The notes under the pieces are model-generated. The model was not told where the DNA came from. It did no database searches and worked only from the letters and a program-made list of their open reading frames with translations. A DNA stretch of 64,000 nt, taken from the NCBI GenBank assembly GCA_001599295.1, contig BCGN01000001.1, forward strand, positions 682,001-746,000, in the 5' to 3' direction. Positions 25,598 to 37,051 of the stretch are shown piece after piece. The position numbers were made by a program, and so were the translations under genes. Position 1 is the stretch's first letter, and every line of letters starts with the position of its first letter. The stretch is from Sporopachydermia quercuum (lineage: Eukaryota).

Positions 25598-27861
25598 TTA
25601 AAGCTTAGAATTCCTATAGGCTGTAATTGTTGACACAGTTAAAGCAAAAATACTAATTACTAGTGAGCATGTTAATGATATAAATATGGCTTTCTGAAAG
25701 ACATGGTAAATGAGNTGTTGGAGATTTGGTGTCAATTCCTTAATAAAATCTGTGTCTTTCAGTATTCGTTCCACTATCTCTTTTTTCTCCACTTTGGGAA
25801 TAGAGAAAGATGTTTTGTACAATCCATTTCGCCATAATGTTTGGTATAAATGAAGAGTGATGGAAGCTCCTAGAACGTTACCAGTCGAACGAAAAAAGTA
25901 GTTCATTCCAGTAGCTGCTGCTTGGCCTAGATGAAAAATAATTCTTGTTAGTAGGTTGCTCAGCGGTAAGAAGCATAAAAATTGGTTGATATATTCGAAT
26001 CATTACATGTATGTCTATACATACCTTGTCTTCCTGTGATAGCTATTATGTATAAGAGACTAGATACAAGGTAAGAGCCCAAGCTAAAACCTGTGCATAT
26101 TAATCCCACTATTAATAGTGGAATAAATGTGGTCGGATTTTGTCCGGTTATTGCCCCGAAGCCTGTTGTAGCAAAAATTATCAATACTCCAATGAATTCT
26201 ATTAGGAAAGCAAGTGAAATAAGTTTCGATGCTTCTTTTTTCATAACATTAGATGCCTCATTTCGGTCCCTGGATAAAAAATGTCCTGTTACTAATGAGC
26301 CGATTGATGTTGATGCAACTGAAAACATTAGTAAGCCACCAGAAAATGTGCTAGATTTCTGAAATAACACTTGGACATATAATGGAATAATGAATAAAAT
26401 CTGTATGATAGTTAGCACGCCGCAGCTTTTGTATTTGAATATATTTGCTTCTGCAGAGCAGCAAATGACTGTTTATACTCACAGGGTTCAAAGCCATAAG
26501 ACCTAAGCCAATTGTTGATGATGCTAGTCCCAGATCGCCTTTGAGGAGCTTTCCTGGCAGAATTGGTGTTTCCGTGTGGTTTTCACAATAATAGAATGCA
26601 ATAGCTCCTAACAGAGCTATAACAGGACAAGCGTACTTGCAGAATAGATCAAACAGGCTTAACTCTGAGCTGCTAGAATTATTACTTGATGCTGATAAGG
26701 CTAGTAGAAATGAGCTTATAGTAATTAGCAATGTGATGGACCCAGGTATGTCTATTAACTTCAAATTCTCTTTACTTAGTTTCCCATGTTCTTGACCTAG
26801 GATTCCATTAAATTTGACATATTTCAAAGTCAAAATTCCACAGTATAATGCTATGGGAACTTGGATAAGAAACATATACTTCCAGCCAATTGTATCCGAT
26901 AAAAATCCACCTAATGGTGCGCCTATTAATTGACCTGCTCCAAATACTACGTTAGCATAACCTTGGAACGTTCCACGCTTCTCCAAAGGTACTAAATCGC
27001 TAACTGTGATTGAACTAAGAGCAGGAAGTCCTCCGCCACCAATTCCAGCAATTACACGAGCTATTGAAAACATGGTAACAGAAGAAGATGTGGCGCATAA
27101 TAAACATCCCAAGCCGAAGAAGAACTGAGCAAACAGCAGAACAGGTCGTCTACCAATCAAATCACTAGTCCCTGGATTAATCGAATTGTTAGGTGATAAT
27201 TCAATAACGTTGATAAAAATCAAAAAGAAATTAAATAAATAATAATAATAATAATAATACAATATAATATAATATAAAAAAGCGTTACATTCCGCTCAAA
27301 ATCCTTGTTATAAAATAGCTGTACTTACTCCCGTATAATGCTTGAAAAGCAGTATTGGAAATTAAGTATGAAGTTGCAATCCAAGATGCTTCATCAGATG
27401 CTCCTAAATCCGAACCTATTGGTATAAAATGTTAATAAGTCCATATTTCACCTCGCCATCCAATACGTAAAACATATGTTCCAGCTGTTCAAAATTGTCT
27501 AATACTCTATCAAAAACATTTCCTTCTACATACTGATATTCCCCATAATGCTAGCAACCACTGTACTATCTAATGCACATAGGAAACTACCAGACCATAG
27601 GGCAATTAGTATATTACGAAAAGCGGTTCGATCTTCATAGTAAATATACCTCTGATTTGAAATTCTTGATTGTTTAGAAACTTGTGGTGCCAAATCATCC
27701 CCAAAGAACATAGATCCATAGTCAGTATTATCGTCGTTATCCGTATCGATGTTATCACTGCTTGCGTTGATTGGCCCTAACAAAGGCTCAGGTTCATGCT
27801 GGTGAAAATCATCATGTTCTGGCTTCAAAAGAGATGTCCGATCAGAGCTTGAAACAGCCAT
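25598..27861 (-). CDS. VBA1: DHA2-family MFS vacuolar basic amino-acid permease; 5 exons, 602 aa
   Basis: Exons 27861-27534, 27415-27329, 27171-26483, 26400-26025, 25926-25598 total 1809 nt in frame. Donors GTATGT, GTAAGT, GTGAGT, GTATGT; branch points TATTAAC, ACCTAAC, TGCTAAC, TACTAAC. Motifs FLCALDSTVV, SWIATSYL, YGRTSDLIGRR, ARVIAGIGGGG. The symbol rests partly on synteny. Confidence 0.82.
27238..27258. repeat. (AAT)7 microsatellite in VBA1 intron 2
   Basis: aataataat... read directly; it produces the spurious poly-Tyr start of ORF 26351-27262. Confidence 0.9.
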
Positions 27862-28357
27862 TTCAACCCGGATCAATACTATATTTCATGCTCGAAAAAA
27901 GCTATTTGTATAGTTGATGTTGTTAAACCTGAACGTTTCGTGACCTTAATTGTTAGATGGAAAAGAAGAACTTAAGAAATACCATACAAATAAACTTTCT
28001 GAATTTTTCAGATATGAACATGGCATCTCCTCTTGTAACTTAATTTTTGGTCACGTGATATAAGTTAATGGTAGGGTTATGCCCGTTGAATGAGAATAAT
28101 AATCTACAGATATGATTAATATGGTATTATTATTTTGAAATGAAACAAAAGTATATACAAAATGAGATCTCTAAAAGGTTCCCAACAAAAGGAGCTTCGT
28201 TGAATATGAACAAGATATAAAACATTAATGATTATCTAATCACACAGCCTGCAATATTCATAAGGAACATGATTATGTAATCAGACAGTAGTTTGTTTAA
28301 TACATTAATTGATCAGGAATAATCAGTAAATGATATTTCAACTAGGAAACAAAATCA

Positions 28358-31099
28358 TTAACTATCTTCTTTTTTATTGTTATTTTCATCTTTCTTTTCA
28401 GTTTCAATTTCCTTCTTTCCATTTGAAACTTCATTCTCTTTCTCTTCTTTACCTTCGAGATATTTATCAAAAGCATCATTGCGATCAGGGAATGGTCGCT
28501 TTCCTAGTAAGCGTATCATATCCTCACGGCCAATGACTTCCTTCGCTAATAATTCCTCAGCAACAACAATCAACTCTTTCTTTTTCTCCAATAACAATTT
28601 CGTACACCTTTCATGTGCTTCTTTAACAAATCTTCGAACCTCGTCATCAATCTCGGCTCCAGTTTCTTCAGAAAATGGTTTAGTAAATTGTTCACCATTC
28701 TGTTCAAAATTCACCCAACCAATCTTCTTACTCATTCCAAGATTTGTAACCATAGCTGTAGCCATTCTAGTGACCTTCTTGAAATCATCGTGAGCCCCAC
28801 TGGTAACAGAATCGAAGTTGATTTCCTCAGAAACACGTCCACCAAGTGTCATGGTCATTTTATCCATTAGTTGTTGTTCACTCATGAGATATAAATCTGG
28901 AGGAACATACATAGCATACCCTAAAGCACCTTGACCTCTTGGAATAATTGATACTTTCAATAAAGGATCAGCGAATTCTAAGAACCAGCCGCAGATGGCA
29001 TGACCAGCCTCATGATAAGCAACAGTTTTCTTTTCATCGGGTGACAAAACAGTTGATTTCTTTTCTAAACCACCAACAACACGTTCAATAGCTTGTTCGA
29101 AATGGGATACAACGACAGACTCTGCATTATATCTAGCTGCAATTAAAGCTGCTTCATTAACACAGTTAGCAATATCAGCACCCGAAAAACCAGGGGTTAG
29201 AACCGACAATCTACCAGCCAGATCTTCGAGATTTTCATTGGTTTTGATTTTCTTCAAATGAACAGTGAAAATGGCTTTCCTTCCCTCTAAATCAGGCTTA
29301 TCAATATGAATATGTCGATCAAATCTACCTGGTCTTAATAATGCCTGATCTAAAACATCAGGCCGATTGGTACCAGCTAGTACCACAACATGATCAGAAG
29401 TTGAAAACCCATCCATTTCAACTAACAATTGATTAAGAGTTGATTCACGTTCATCATTAGCACCAGACATCTTATTCTTGGATCTGCTTTTACCGATGGC
29501 ATCAATTTCATCAACAAATATTATACTAGGGGCGTTCTTTCTAGCATTCTGAAACAAGTCTCGGACTCTGCTGGCACCAACACCAACAAACATTTCAACG
29601 AATTCTGAACCAGAAACAGAGAAAAATGGTACACCAGCTTCACCAGCAGTTGCTTTAGCTAAAAGAGTTTTACCAGTACCTGGAGGACCTGAGAGAATAG
29701 CACCTCTGGGAATCTTAGCACCAAGTCTTTCATACTTAGCAGGATCCTTCAAAAATTTAACAAATTCCATAACTTCTTCCTTAGCTTCATCCATACCAGC
29801 AACATCTTTGAATTTAACATTGACAGTTGTTCCTTGGTTGAACACTTTGGCCTTTGATTTACCAACACCAAAGATTCCTCCTCCTAATCCACCACCTTCA
29901 TTGAATTTTCTAGTGAGCCAAATTAACCCACCAACCATTAAAATAGTAGGTAAAAGAGATCCAATGACTTTCCACATGCTAGTTTGAGAAACGTAAGCTA
30001 CAGGAATCATGGAGTCTGAAGGAACACCGTTTTCTGCTTGTGCTTCATTTAGTTTCCTCTCAAATGATTCAACAGAACCGATAGAGAAAACATAATTCAC
30101 TGGGCCATTTTGAGATAAACCAGCTTCATTTAAAACAACTTTAGCGAACTCTTTATTGATAACAACAATTCTATCCACGAAACCTTTATCCAACAATTGA
30201 GCTCTGAATTCTTGCCAACTGACTTCATGTCTCTCTTCTGCTAGAAGTATGTCATTAAACAAAAAATAACCACAGCCTAACACGAACAGAATTCTCAGAA
30301 AGCTTAGTTTAAAAGAAAAAACCTTCACTTTGCCCGCATTGTCAGAGTTTGGCATTTTTCCAAATCCAATGAAACTACCTTTTCCAACTCCGTCTTCGGA
30401 CTTATCAACTGATTTCGTCATTTCAATCAATAAATCATGGAATTCTTTCACTTCGGTAGGATTTGAAATCCAGTTTTCATACCCTGCGTACATGACATCT
30501 AATTTAGCAACTGTTTTGAAGGTGGAAATGTCAAATCCTGTGTTTATTCTCCAAGAAACAATCTTTATTCTGTAACAAAATAATAAGAAAACTGGATCTT
30601 TCAGTTCAGCATACACTTTTTCCAACCCTTCATCGACTTCTTTTCTGACTGAAGGCTCTAAACGACAATATCTATCACAAAGCAATTGTTCTATAGTATA
30701 AGCAGACTCCAGTTCTGGATCTATGTTTTTTAATACCAAACTCGCAGTCTCAGCAAATTCTTTCATTGCTTTCTCTGAGATAGCAGGTTTTAGCTTCTGC
30801 ATATATAGCTTAACTTTTGCGATGGCATCTTGCCTACTAGTAAAACCTGGTGGGATATTTGGGTTGCTGTTGCTCATCCGCAAACTTGAGGCATGCAATT
30901 TTCTTGTTGGTATGTTGCGGAAACTACTATTAGGTCTTAATAATAAATTGGTAGATACTCTATTCGATACTTTAGGCACACACTTAGCTGGCGATACCAA
31001 AGTCCTAATTGATATCAGACTTCGAGTTCCAGACAATGACCCAAATGCTAGGCGTGTGGATGCGCTTTGGCATCTCCACAACAACTGGGTTCGTATCAT
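28358..31099 (-). CDS. YTA12: Mitochondrial m-AAA protease subunit, 913 aa
   Basis: Basic presequence, two TM segments, Walker A GPPGTGKT, Walker [14 protein letters not shown] zinc motif. C-terminal TKPFSEETG is Yta12-like rather than Afg3-like, and it lies next to VBA1. Confidence 0.88.
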   Translation of the reverse strand: MIRTQLLWRCQSASTRLAFGSLSGTRSLISIRTLVSPAKCVPKVSNRVSTNLLLRPNSSFRNIPTRKLHASSLRMSNSNPNIPPGFTSRQDAIAKVKLYMQKLKPAISEKAMKEFAETASLVLKNIDPELESAYTIEQLLCDRYCRLEPSVRKEVDEGLEKVYAELKDPVFLLFCYRIKIVSWRINTGFDISTFKTVAKLDVMYAGYENWISNPTEVKEFHDLLIEMTKSVDKSEDGVGKGSFIGFGKMPNSDNAGKVKVFSFKLSFLRILFVLGCGYFLFNDILLAEERHEVSWQEFRAQLLDKGFVDRIVVINKEFAKVVLNEAGLSQNGPVNYVFSIGSVESFERKLNEAQAENGVPSDSMIPVAYVSQTSMWKVIGSLLPTILMVGGLIWLTRKFNEGGGLGGGIFGVGKSKAKVFNQGTTVNVKFKDVAGMDEAKEEVMEFVKFLKDPAKYERLGAKIPRGAILSGPPGTGKTLLAKATAGEAGVPFFSVSGSEFVEMFVGVGASRVRDLFQNARKNAPSIIFVDEIDAIGKSRSKNKMSGANDERESTLNQLLVEMDGFSTSDHVVVLAGTNRPDVLDQALLRPGRFDRHIHIDKPDLEGRKAIFTVHLKKIKTNENLEDLAGRLSVLTPGFSGADIANCVNEAALIAARYNAESVVVSHFEQAIERVVGGLEKKSTVLSPDEKKTVAYHEAGHAICGWFLEFADPLLKVSIIPRGQGALGYAMYVPPDLYLMSEQQLMDKMTMTLGGRVSEEINFDSVTSGAHDDFKKVTRMATAMVTNLGMSKKIGWVNFEQNGEQFTKPFSEETGAEIDDEVRRFVKEAHERCTKLLLEKKKELIVVAEELLAKEVIGREDMIRLLGKRPFPDRNDAFDKYLEGKEEKENEVSNGKKEIETEKKDENNNKKEDS

Positions 31100-31714
31100 G
31101 GTTGAAAATAAGCTCGGAGCTGTCTATTTACAAAAGACAATACTCTGTAACTTGTGTGGATAGACAATTGTGATAGAAACTCATGCTGATATTTGTATAC
31201 CTTGTGGCAAGAAGTGTAAGCTTGAATATTATAGTAGTCAACATTAGGTTTTCGTTCATACTGAGGTTTGTGGGACTGGGTGTGACAAATATGATTATGC
31301 AATCCACAATTATTAGAGTGTGATGCGGCATGTATGCGATGATATGTATGTTATGCATTAAGAGCAAAGCTTAATGGGGACGCCATGAGATAAATGAATG
31401 AATAATAAGATAAAAGATAGATCTTAATGAAATAATATATATAGGTACAAGAGGTAGAAGTCATCAGAGACATGGGTTGGTTTAAAAGTGAAATAAGTTC
31501 TCTAAGAGATGTGTATGTGTGCGCGTGTTTGCTGATTGTACCAAGCATTCAACATATGTGTCCGTGAGTTGAGAAGCTGGAGACATTAGCTTGTTACCAT
31601 TATAGTTGATGTCCAGAAATCGGCTTTGAGTATGTTATAGATGCACTCATTGTTGTTCTTCTGTGTTTAAAAGATGTTTCTTGTGACCGAAATTCGTGAT
31701 TGTGAACTTCGTGG

Positions 31715-32536
31715 TCAAATGGACTCCTCATCTTTTTCTATCTTCTTACTCTTGTCCTCTGTCATGTGGTCAGAGTTGAATATAGTAAGAATTCCGTCTT
31801 CTACGGAAGCATTCACTAAATTCAAAGCGCCCAAGTCTTGAAATAACTTCATTGTAACATTACTCTTATCTTCATCAGTTGGAGAGGCTCGATAAGATAG
31901 TAGATCAACACACCCTAATGATGCATTTTCAGGAAATGAAAGGTTGAAACATACTGATAGTAGATTTTGAGAAATTCCCGGTAGAAAGTCCAAAGCAGAA
32001 TTTAATGAAGGTAATGAGGCAATATAGTGATACTTATAGTGTTTCGTTGATGATGACAATAGCCGAGCAAGCGTTTTGATTTCCCCCTGTCCCAATTTCT
32101 CAGATACCGTGTCCCATTTATCTTTCAACGTTGGATCTTCTGGATAGGCGTTCACACATGCTGCAAAGAACTGTGGATCAATCTGTCTCAGGATACCATA
32201 CTTTGGACGTCTTGGAAACACAATCAAACTAGTTTCACTAGCAAATGTAAATAGTATCGGGTACTCTTTGATGATCTTATGATATAAAGTAAGTATCAAC
32301 GTTTCTTCACTGTACTTTGGATATACTGTTTTATCTATTTCCTCTTGCGGAATGTAGAAAGCTGAGTGAGTCTTTGATTTGTATTCAGGTTTTTGCCCAT
32401 AAAGTGAGTTTTCGTTCTCTGATCCGCTGAGGGTACTTGAATGGTGCTTTGAGGAGTTTGAGAGTGAGTATTTTTCTGGTAGTGAAAAGAAAGAGGGTGC
32501 TGCTTTAGTTGTATATCTCCTACTTATTCCCAGCAT
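31715..32536 (-). CDS. Probable mitochondrial protein, weakly uL10m (Mrpl11)-like, 273 aa
   Basis: Clean ATG ORF with presequence-like MLGISRRYTT; distant colinear resemblance to recalled Mrpl11 blocks (see findings). Confidence 0.55.
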   Translation of the reverse strand: MLGISRRYTTKAAPSFFSLPEKYSLSNSSKHHSSTLSGSENENSLYGQKPEYKSKTHSAFYIPQEEIDKTVYPKYSEETLILTLYHKIIKEYPILFTFASETSLIVFPRRPKYGILRQIDPQFFAACVNAYPEDPTLKDKWDTVSEKLGQGEIKTLARLLSSSTKHYKYHYIASLPSLNSALDFLPGISQNLLSVCFNLSFPENASLGCVDLLSYRASPTDEDKSNVTMKLFQDLGALNLVNASVEDGILTIFNSDHMTEDKSKKIEKDEESI

Positions 32537-33165
32537 TTTTGCGTCAATTGTTTGCCCGAATGTTTCTCTGGTAACGCATTCATTATCAAATAGTAGTGTA
32601 TTGGTCTAATAGATCATCCTTTCAGGTAGTCATTGGTCATACAATGTTTATTCAGATAGCTGGAAGAAATGGTGAGAATGGTAAACGGATATAATATTGT
32701 CACGTGTATGTTATCAATGTCTCTGTTTGACATTGTTGAGTCATGTGAAGGAGGTTGAGCAATTGACACAGGAGAAACAGTAGTTCTAACCACATCATAC
32801 AACGAAATTCAGAGAACTAGAATTTATATGATCATCTCTAGGAAAACAGGTTTTTTTGAGCACTATTATTAGTTTGATTATAATCTTATTACTGAGTGTG
32901 TGTCAGCTGTTCTGGATAACCAAGGTCTTATCAGCGGTCACTATGTCTCCTCAGACATGAATCACCATGACTTATCTAGGATTTCTCCATAAGCAGTGCG
33001 AATTCATTTTTCTTGCAATACTATATTGACATATAAGTCTTTGAAGAGTGGAATGAAATACAATTAACGGCTACTGACTAGGTAAGGTGCCTCGTAGGCA
33101 ATCTTCAACTAGTTTTTTTGTCCNAATATACTGATGTACTAAAAAGCTTAGCAGTTCTTTTTAAG

Positions 33166-33260
33166 GACACTTTGGCCGAGTGGTTAAGGCGGAAGACTCG
33201 AATCTTTTGAACGTTATCTTTTGGGCTCTGCCCGCGCAGGTTCGAATCCTGCAGGTGTCG
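33166..33260 (+). tRNA. tRNA-Ser(CGA) with 13-nt intron (33203-33215), SUP61-like
   Basis: Acceptor GACACTT/AGGTGTC+G, D-arm GCCGAGTGGTTAAGGC, anticodon CT-CGA-A then intron, long variable arm GGGCTCTGCCC, T-arm GCAGG-TTCGAAT-CCTGC, followed by a T-run. Confidence 0.96.
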
Positions 33261-33530
33261 AATTTTTACCCTGATATTCGAATTTATTTTTTGCCTTCTT
33301 ACTCAACCTTTTTTATTGTCAATGAAAGACATAATTAAATATCATGATTTGGGATTCTTCTATTTTTCTTATTCTTGTTAAACTCTCTGAAGCGATTGAC
33401 GTTGGTGAGTTCTGAATTATCGGCTACTCTCAGGTTTCANTGTTTTTACCCATCAAATCAACGGACAAAATATTATCATATCATATGACAAGTNCGAGGG
33501 AAGCATTTCTACGTTTGAAATAATTAGACC

Positions 33531-33974
33531 ATGCCAAAAATAAGAACATCAAGGACGAAGAAAGCTCCTGAAGGTTTTAAAGAGATTGAGCCTACTTTAA
33601 ATGAGTTTGCTGATAAACTGAAAGAGGTCGAAGTGGCATCTCATGAAGGAAAAAAGAAGAATGAAGTATTATGGGAAATTTTTCAAATTCATCATCAGAG
33701 ATCACGATACATTTATGAACTGTACTACAAGAAAAAAGCCATTTCTAGTAAACTATACGATTGGTTGTTGAAACAGAAGTTCGCTGATGCTAATCTAATA
33801 GCTAAATGGAAGAAGCAAGGATATGAGAATCTTTGTTGTCTGCAATGTATTCAATCAACGGAAACAAATCATGGTTCCACATGTATTTGCCGAGTACCAA
33901 AAAACCAACTAAAATCAACAAATTCTNTTCAGTGTGTTACATGTGGTTGTAGGGGATGTGCTAGTTCTGATTGA
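33531..33974 (+). CDS. BUD31: Bud31/G10 spliceosomal protein, 147 aa
   Basis: [30 protein letters not shown] and [13 protein letters not shown] signature motifs. Confidence 0.98.
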   Translation: MPKIRTSRTKKAPEGFKEIEPTLNEFADKLKEVEVASHEGKKKNEVLWEIFQIHHQRSRYIYELYYKKKAISSKLYDWLLKQKFADANLIAKWKKQGYENLCCLQCIQSTETNHGSTCICRVPKNQLKSTNSXQCVTCGCRGCASSD

Positions 33975-34151
33975 ATAGCAAGGAGAAAGTGTGTGCATTA
34001 TCATCATAGCATATTTGTGTACTATAGAACAATAACTAAGCAAAAGTTGTCGTATATTTTTATGGTTATTAATCCCAAATGTACTAATTAATACACTGTA
34101 TTATTACCATATATAGATTACTATTAACGTTGTTATCAATTATACATTCTT

Positions 34152-34931
34152 TTAACCACGAATGAATTCACGTTTCATCTTTGGCTTCTTTGGAGCCACA
34201 GGCTTTGGTACATCTTGATAGATACCTGCAGTCATAGGGCTTCCTTGAATAGCAGGACTGAACAATGGTACAATAGTATTCATTTTGAATCCTCTTGGCT
34301 TTTGCATATCATGAGGTTTTATTTCTTTTAATTCTGGGGCGGGAACAAACTCATGAGGCGTTTCTTTTGTTGTTGGATGACTCTTAAGATACTCACTAAT
34401 TAATAAAAGCAATCGTCCTTTGTTAGGAACTGAAGCCTTTGTAGGTTTGCCATCTTCTTTCAAGAAAACTCTGACTCTTCCCATATTACCCCAATCTTGA
34501 GGATGTGTTTTATCTGTCTCTAATACTCCAATCATACCAAAACTCCTCACAGCGTCTAAAACAGTTTTCGCTAATGGATTCTCAACTGCGTTCTCCTTGC
34601 TAACTCTTCTCCCATTTTTNTGTGATCGATTCTTATCAAAATAACATGGGTAAACCAAAGAAAGCTCTTTCAGTTGTTCCATTTCATCATCATTTAATGA
34701 TTGACCTCCTGGTGTTTGATACACGTCTTTTCTGCCATCTGCACTAGGTCTGGTGACCATCGTAGATGTATTTGAAGATGNTGTTGCTTTAGAACTGGGA
34801 CCTGATTCATCTTCAAAACCTGGCAGTGGAACATGACTCCTAATTTCTTCCTGTTTACTAGGATCGAAATCTTCCATATCCATATCGAAGTTGTCAATAT
34901 CTTCGGGGTCTAATTCTTCTATCTTAGGCAT
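34152..34931 (-). CDS. SEC65: SRP19 homologue, signal recognition particle subunit, 259 aa
   Basis: MPKIEELD..DIDN start; VYPCYFDKNRS..GRRV..AVENPLAKT and KTHPQDWGNMGRVRV. Confidence 0.95.
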   Translation of the reverse strand: MPKIEELDPEDIDNFDMDMEDFDPSKQEEIRSHVPLPGFEDESGPSSKATXSSNTSTMVTRPSADGRKDVYQTPGGQSLNDDEMEQLKELSLVYPCYFDKNRSXKNGRRVSKENAVENPLAKTVLDAVRSFGMIGVLETDKTHPQDWGNMGRVRVFLKEDGKPTKASVPNKGRLLLLISEYLKSHPTTKETPHEFVPAPELKEIKPHDMQKPRGFKMNTIVPLFSPAIQGSPMTAGIYQDVPKPVAPKKPKMKREFIRG

Positions 34932-35802
34932 TTCGGAGACTTTATGATTTTATACAGGAAAATGATCGATGATCAAAGTAAACGAAACACTTCGTATTGA
35001 TATAATATCAATCAAATTAATAACCAAAATATTACCTCGTTCAATAGCCCTACGTAGTCTTACGAACGTTTCACTCTATTCATTCTCTCAATCGAATCAT
35101 GGTTCAGTTCAGCATCTACATACAAGATACAACATGTTTGTTCCCTTCATATGCTAACTATTACCATTTCTTTTTTCATCATGAACATCAATATTGTCCG
35201 AGAAAAGTATTTGTGGACACTTGATATTAGTTTCGAAGCTGTCCAATATCCCATATCCTATAGGTAGAAGAGCTTAGACACTAGTTATTCATGGCAAATG
35301 TCAGAGCTAACTTACAAGTTATGACATTCTAATGACATTTCTTCTAAATGTCCCAACATGAAAACCATGGTCATTCAATTCACTTGAGTGTTCTCTAGTT
35401 CTTTCGTTTACTTTCTTTGAATGCTTGTCAAATGTCTATTCTGTTTTATCTTAGTTACTGTTTGTCATCCTCAAATAAATAGATGTTAATCTGGCAGCTT
35501 AATCTGCAGATTTTTCATCAAACGTTTGGTAGAGCTGTGTACCTACAGCTTCTATCACTACCAGATATCCCTGAGAACATCAGATCATTGCTTCACTCTT
35601 CTTATCTGATTGATACATTGTCCAACATCTGTAGATTACCTGAAGTAATAGAATTGTTGATTAGCGGATCATACTGAATTATCAAAGTGGAAATCCATTG
35701 AAATCTACTAATTACATGGGCTCTTACAACACCAGGAGGACCGCACCCTAGAGACTCCCACCATATACCTGACGCTTCTATTTCTTCATTCTGTTTCTCA
35801 CA

Positions 35803-36864
35803 ATGGGTTACTCAAGAAGAAGGGAAATCATCAAGCGAACGTTTGAAAAAGAAGTAGACAAACTAAATGAGCCCTCAAATGCCAAATTCTCGCAGGAGAG
35901 ACAAGAAACATTACGTCTGATAAGAGATCTAGTGTCAGCATCAAGTGAATTACAATTCATTGAAGAAAGATACCGTTTGAACCTATCTCTGCATCTATAC
36001 TCTTCTTTCCTTCTCCATATAGAAACGCCTCATTTTCCTGATAAAGATTGGTGTGGTTGGCCATTACCTGCCACAAAAGCTCTGAAACCTTTACATCAAG
36101 ATATATATGTAAATGAAGATGCCATTACTGGGATCAACGATAAAGATTCAAATGATCCATTAAATATTCATAATGATAATCAATTCAAGGATGACATATG
36201 GGCAGTCGACAGTTTACAGTTTGAATTAAATGCTGTTTATCGAACGTTTATTTCAAAAGCAATCAAACTGAATAATGAAAAGCAGAAAGAGTTATTAAAG
36301 AAGAGACTAATAGACTCTGGTTCAGTTAGTGACAAAAAATATAGATTTCTAGATATCATTGTTGAACCAGTGCCAAAGCTGTTCCCATCACAAGAGAAGC
36401 AATTAATTGGGATCATCAGTAAAATTATTCGGAAATTATTTAAATCACCAAATATCCGAACAAAGATCCCTCCAAATAATGATATTTTTGATACTCAAGC
36501 GTTTCGACAATTATCATGGATTGATGTGATGAACATATGTATCCCATTAATACAAGACAAGTCAAATGGGCTAATAATGAAGAGAATATTCAAAAGATGC
36601 AATAACTTGTTTAATAGCAAGAAGGTTGCAGAGTATAAGAAATACAGGAGATTGAATGGAGTTTATAAAGAAGGGATGAGACGTGGAAAGAATAATGATG
36701 ACAGTAGTAATGGTGATAGCAATGACGATTGGAGTTTACGAGATATACCAGGAGAAAAGCTTGAAAGTATAGGAAAGCATCGTATGATAAGAAATGAGCT
36801 GCATGAATTGAAACATTTTACAACAAAGAGAATGATGAGGGTGAAGAATTTATTAGATGAGTAG
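35803..36864 (+). CDS. RRN9: RNA Pol I upstream activation factor subunit Rrn9-like, 353 aa
   Basis: NLSLHLYSSFLL..FPDKDWCGWPL matches the recalled Rrn9-domain signature. Confidence 0.72.
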   Translation: MGYSRRREIIKRTFEKEVDKLNEPSNAKFSQERQETLRLIRDLVSASSELQFIEERYRLNLSLHLYSSFLLHIETPHFPDKDWCGWPLPATKALKPLHQDIYVNEDAITGINDKDSNDPLNIHNDNQFKDDIWAVDSLQFELNAVYRTFISKAIKLNNEKQKELLKKRLIDSGSVSDKKYRFLDIIVEPVPKLFPSQEKQLIGIISKIIRKLFKSPNIRTKIPPNNDIFDTQAFRQLSWIDVMNICIPLIQDKSNGLIMKRIFKRCNNLFNSKKVAEYKKYRRLNGVYKEGMRRGKNNDDSSNGDSNDDWSLRDIPGEKLESIGKHRMIRNELHELKHFTTKRMMRVKNLLDE

Positions 36865-37051
36865 ATAATTTGTATAATATAATAAGAAGCAATAGAAAGC
36901 AATAGGAAAATACGAATGCATAGAAAACAATGTCAATATAAATCAGCTTTACTGCCTTTCATATTTAACTGCCATCCACTAAATATAAAGTAATAACCTG
37001 TTATTACTTTATTCACATTACATTTATACAGTCATAACCATACACTGATCC

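Noticed and set aside
25598..27876. Fragmented MFS pseudogene (likewise the split HUL4, HOS4, VMA3 and DDB1-like ORFs)
   Set aside because: Every break is bridged by a GT-AG intron with a branch point that restores the frame.
13208..33842. CUG codon reassignment (Ser or Ala)
   Set aside because: CTG occupies conserved Leu sites in Vma3 (FIQLG, 13208) and Bud31 (YELYY 33720, CCLQC 33840); the Ser tRNA here has anticodon CGA, not CAG.
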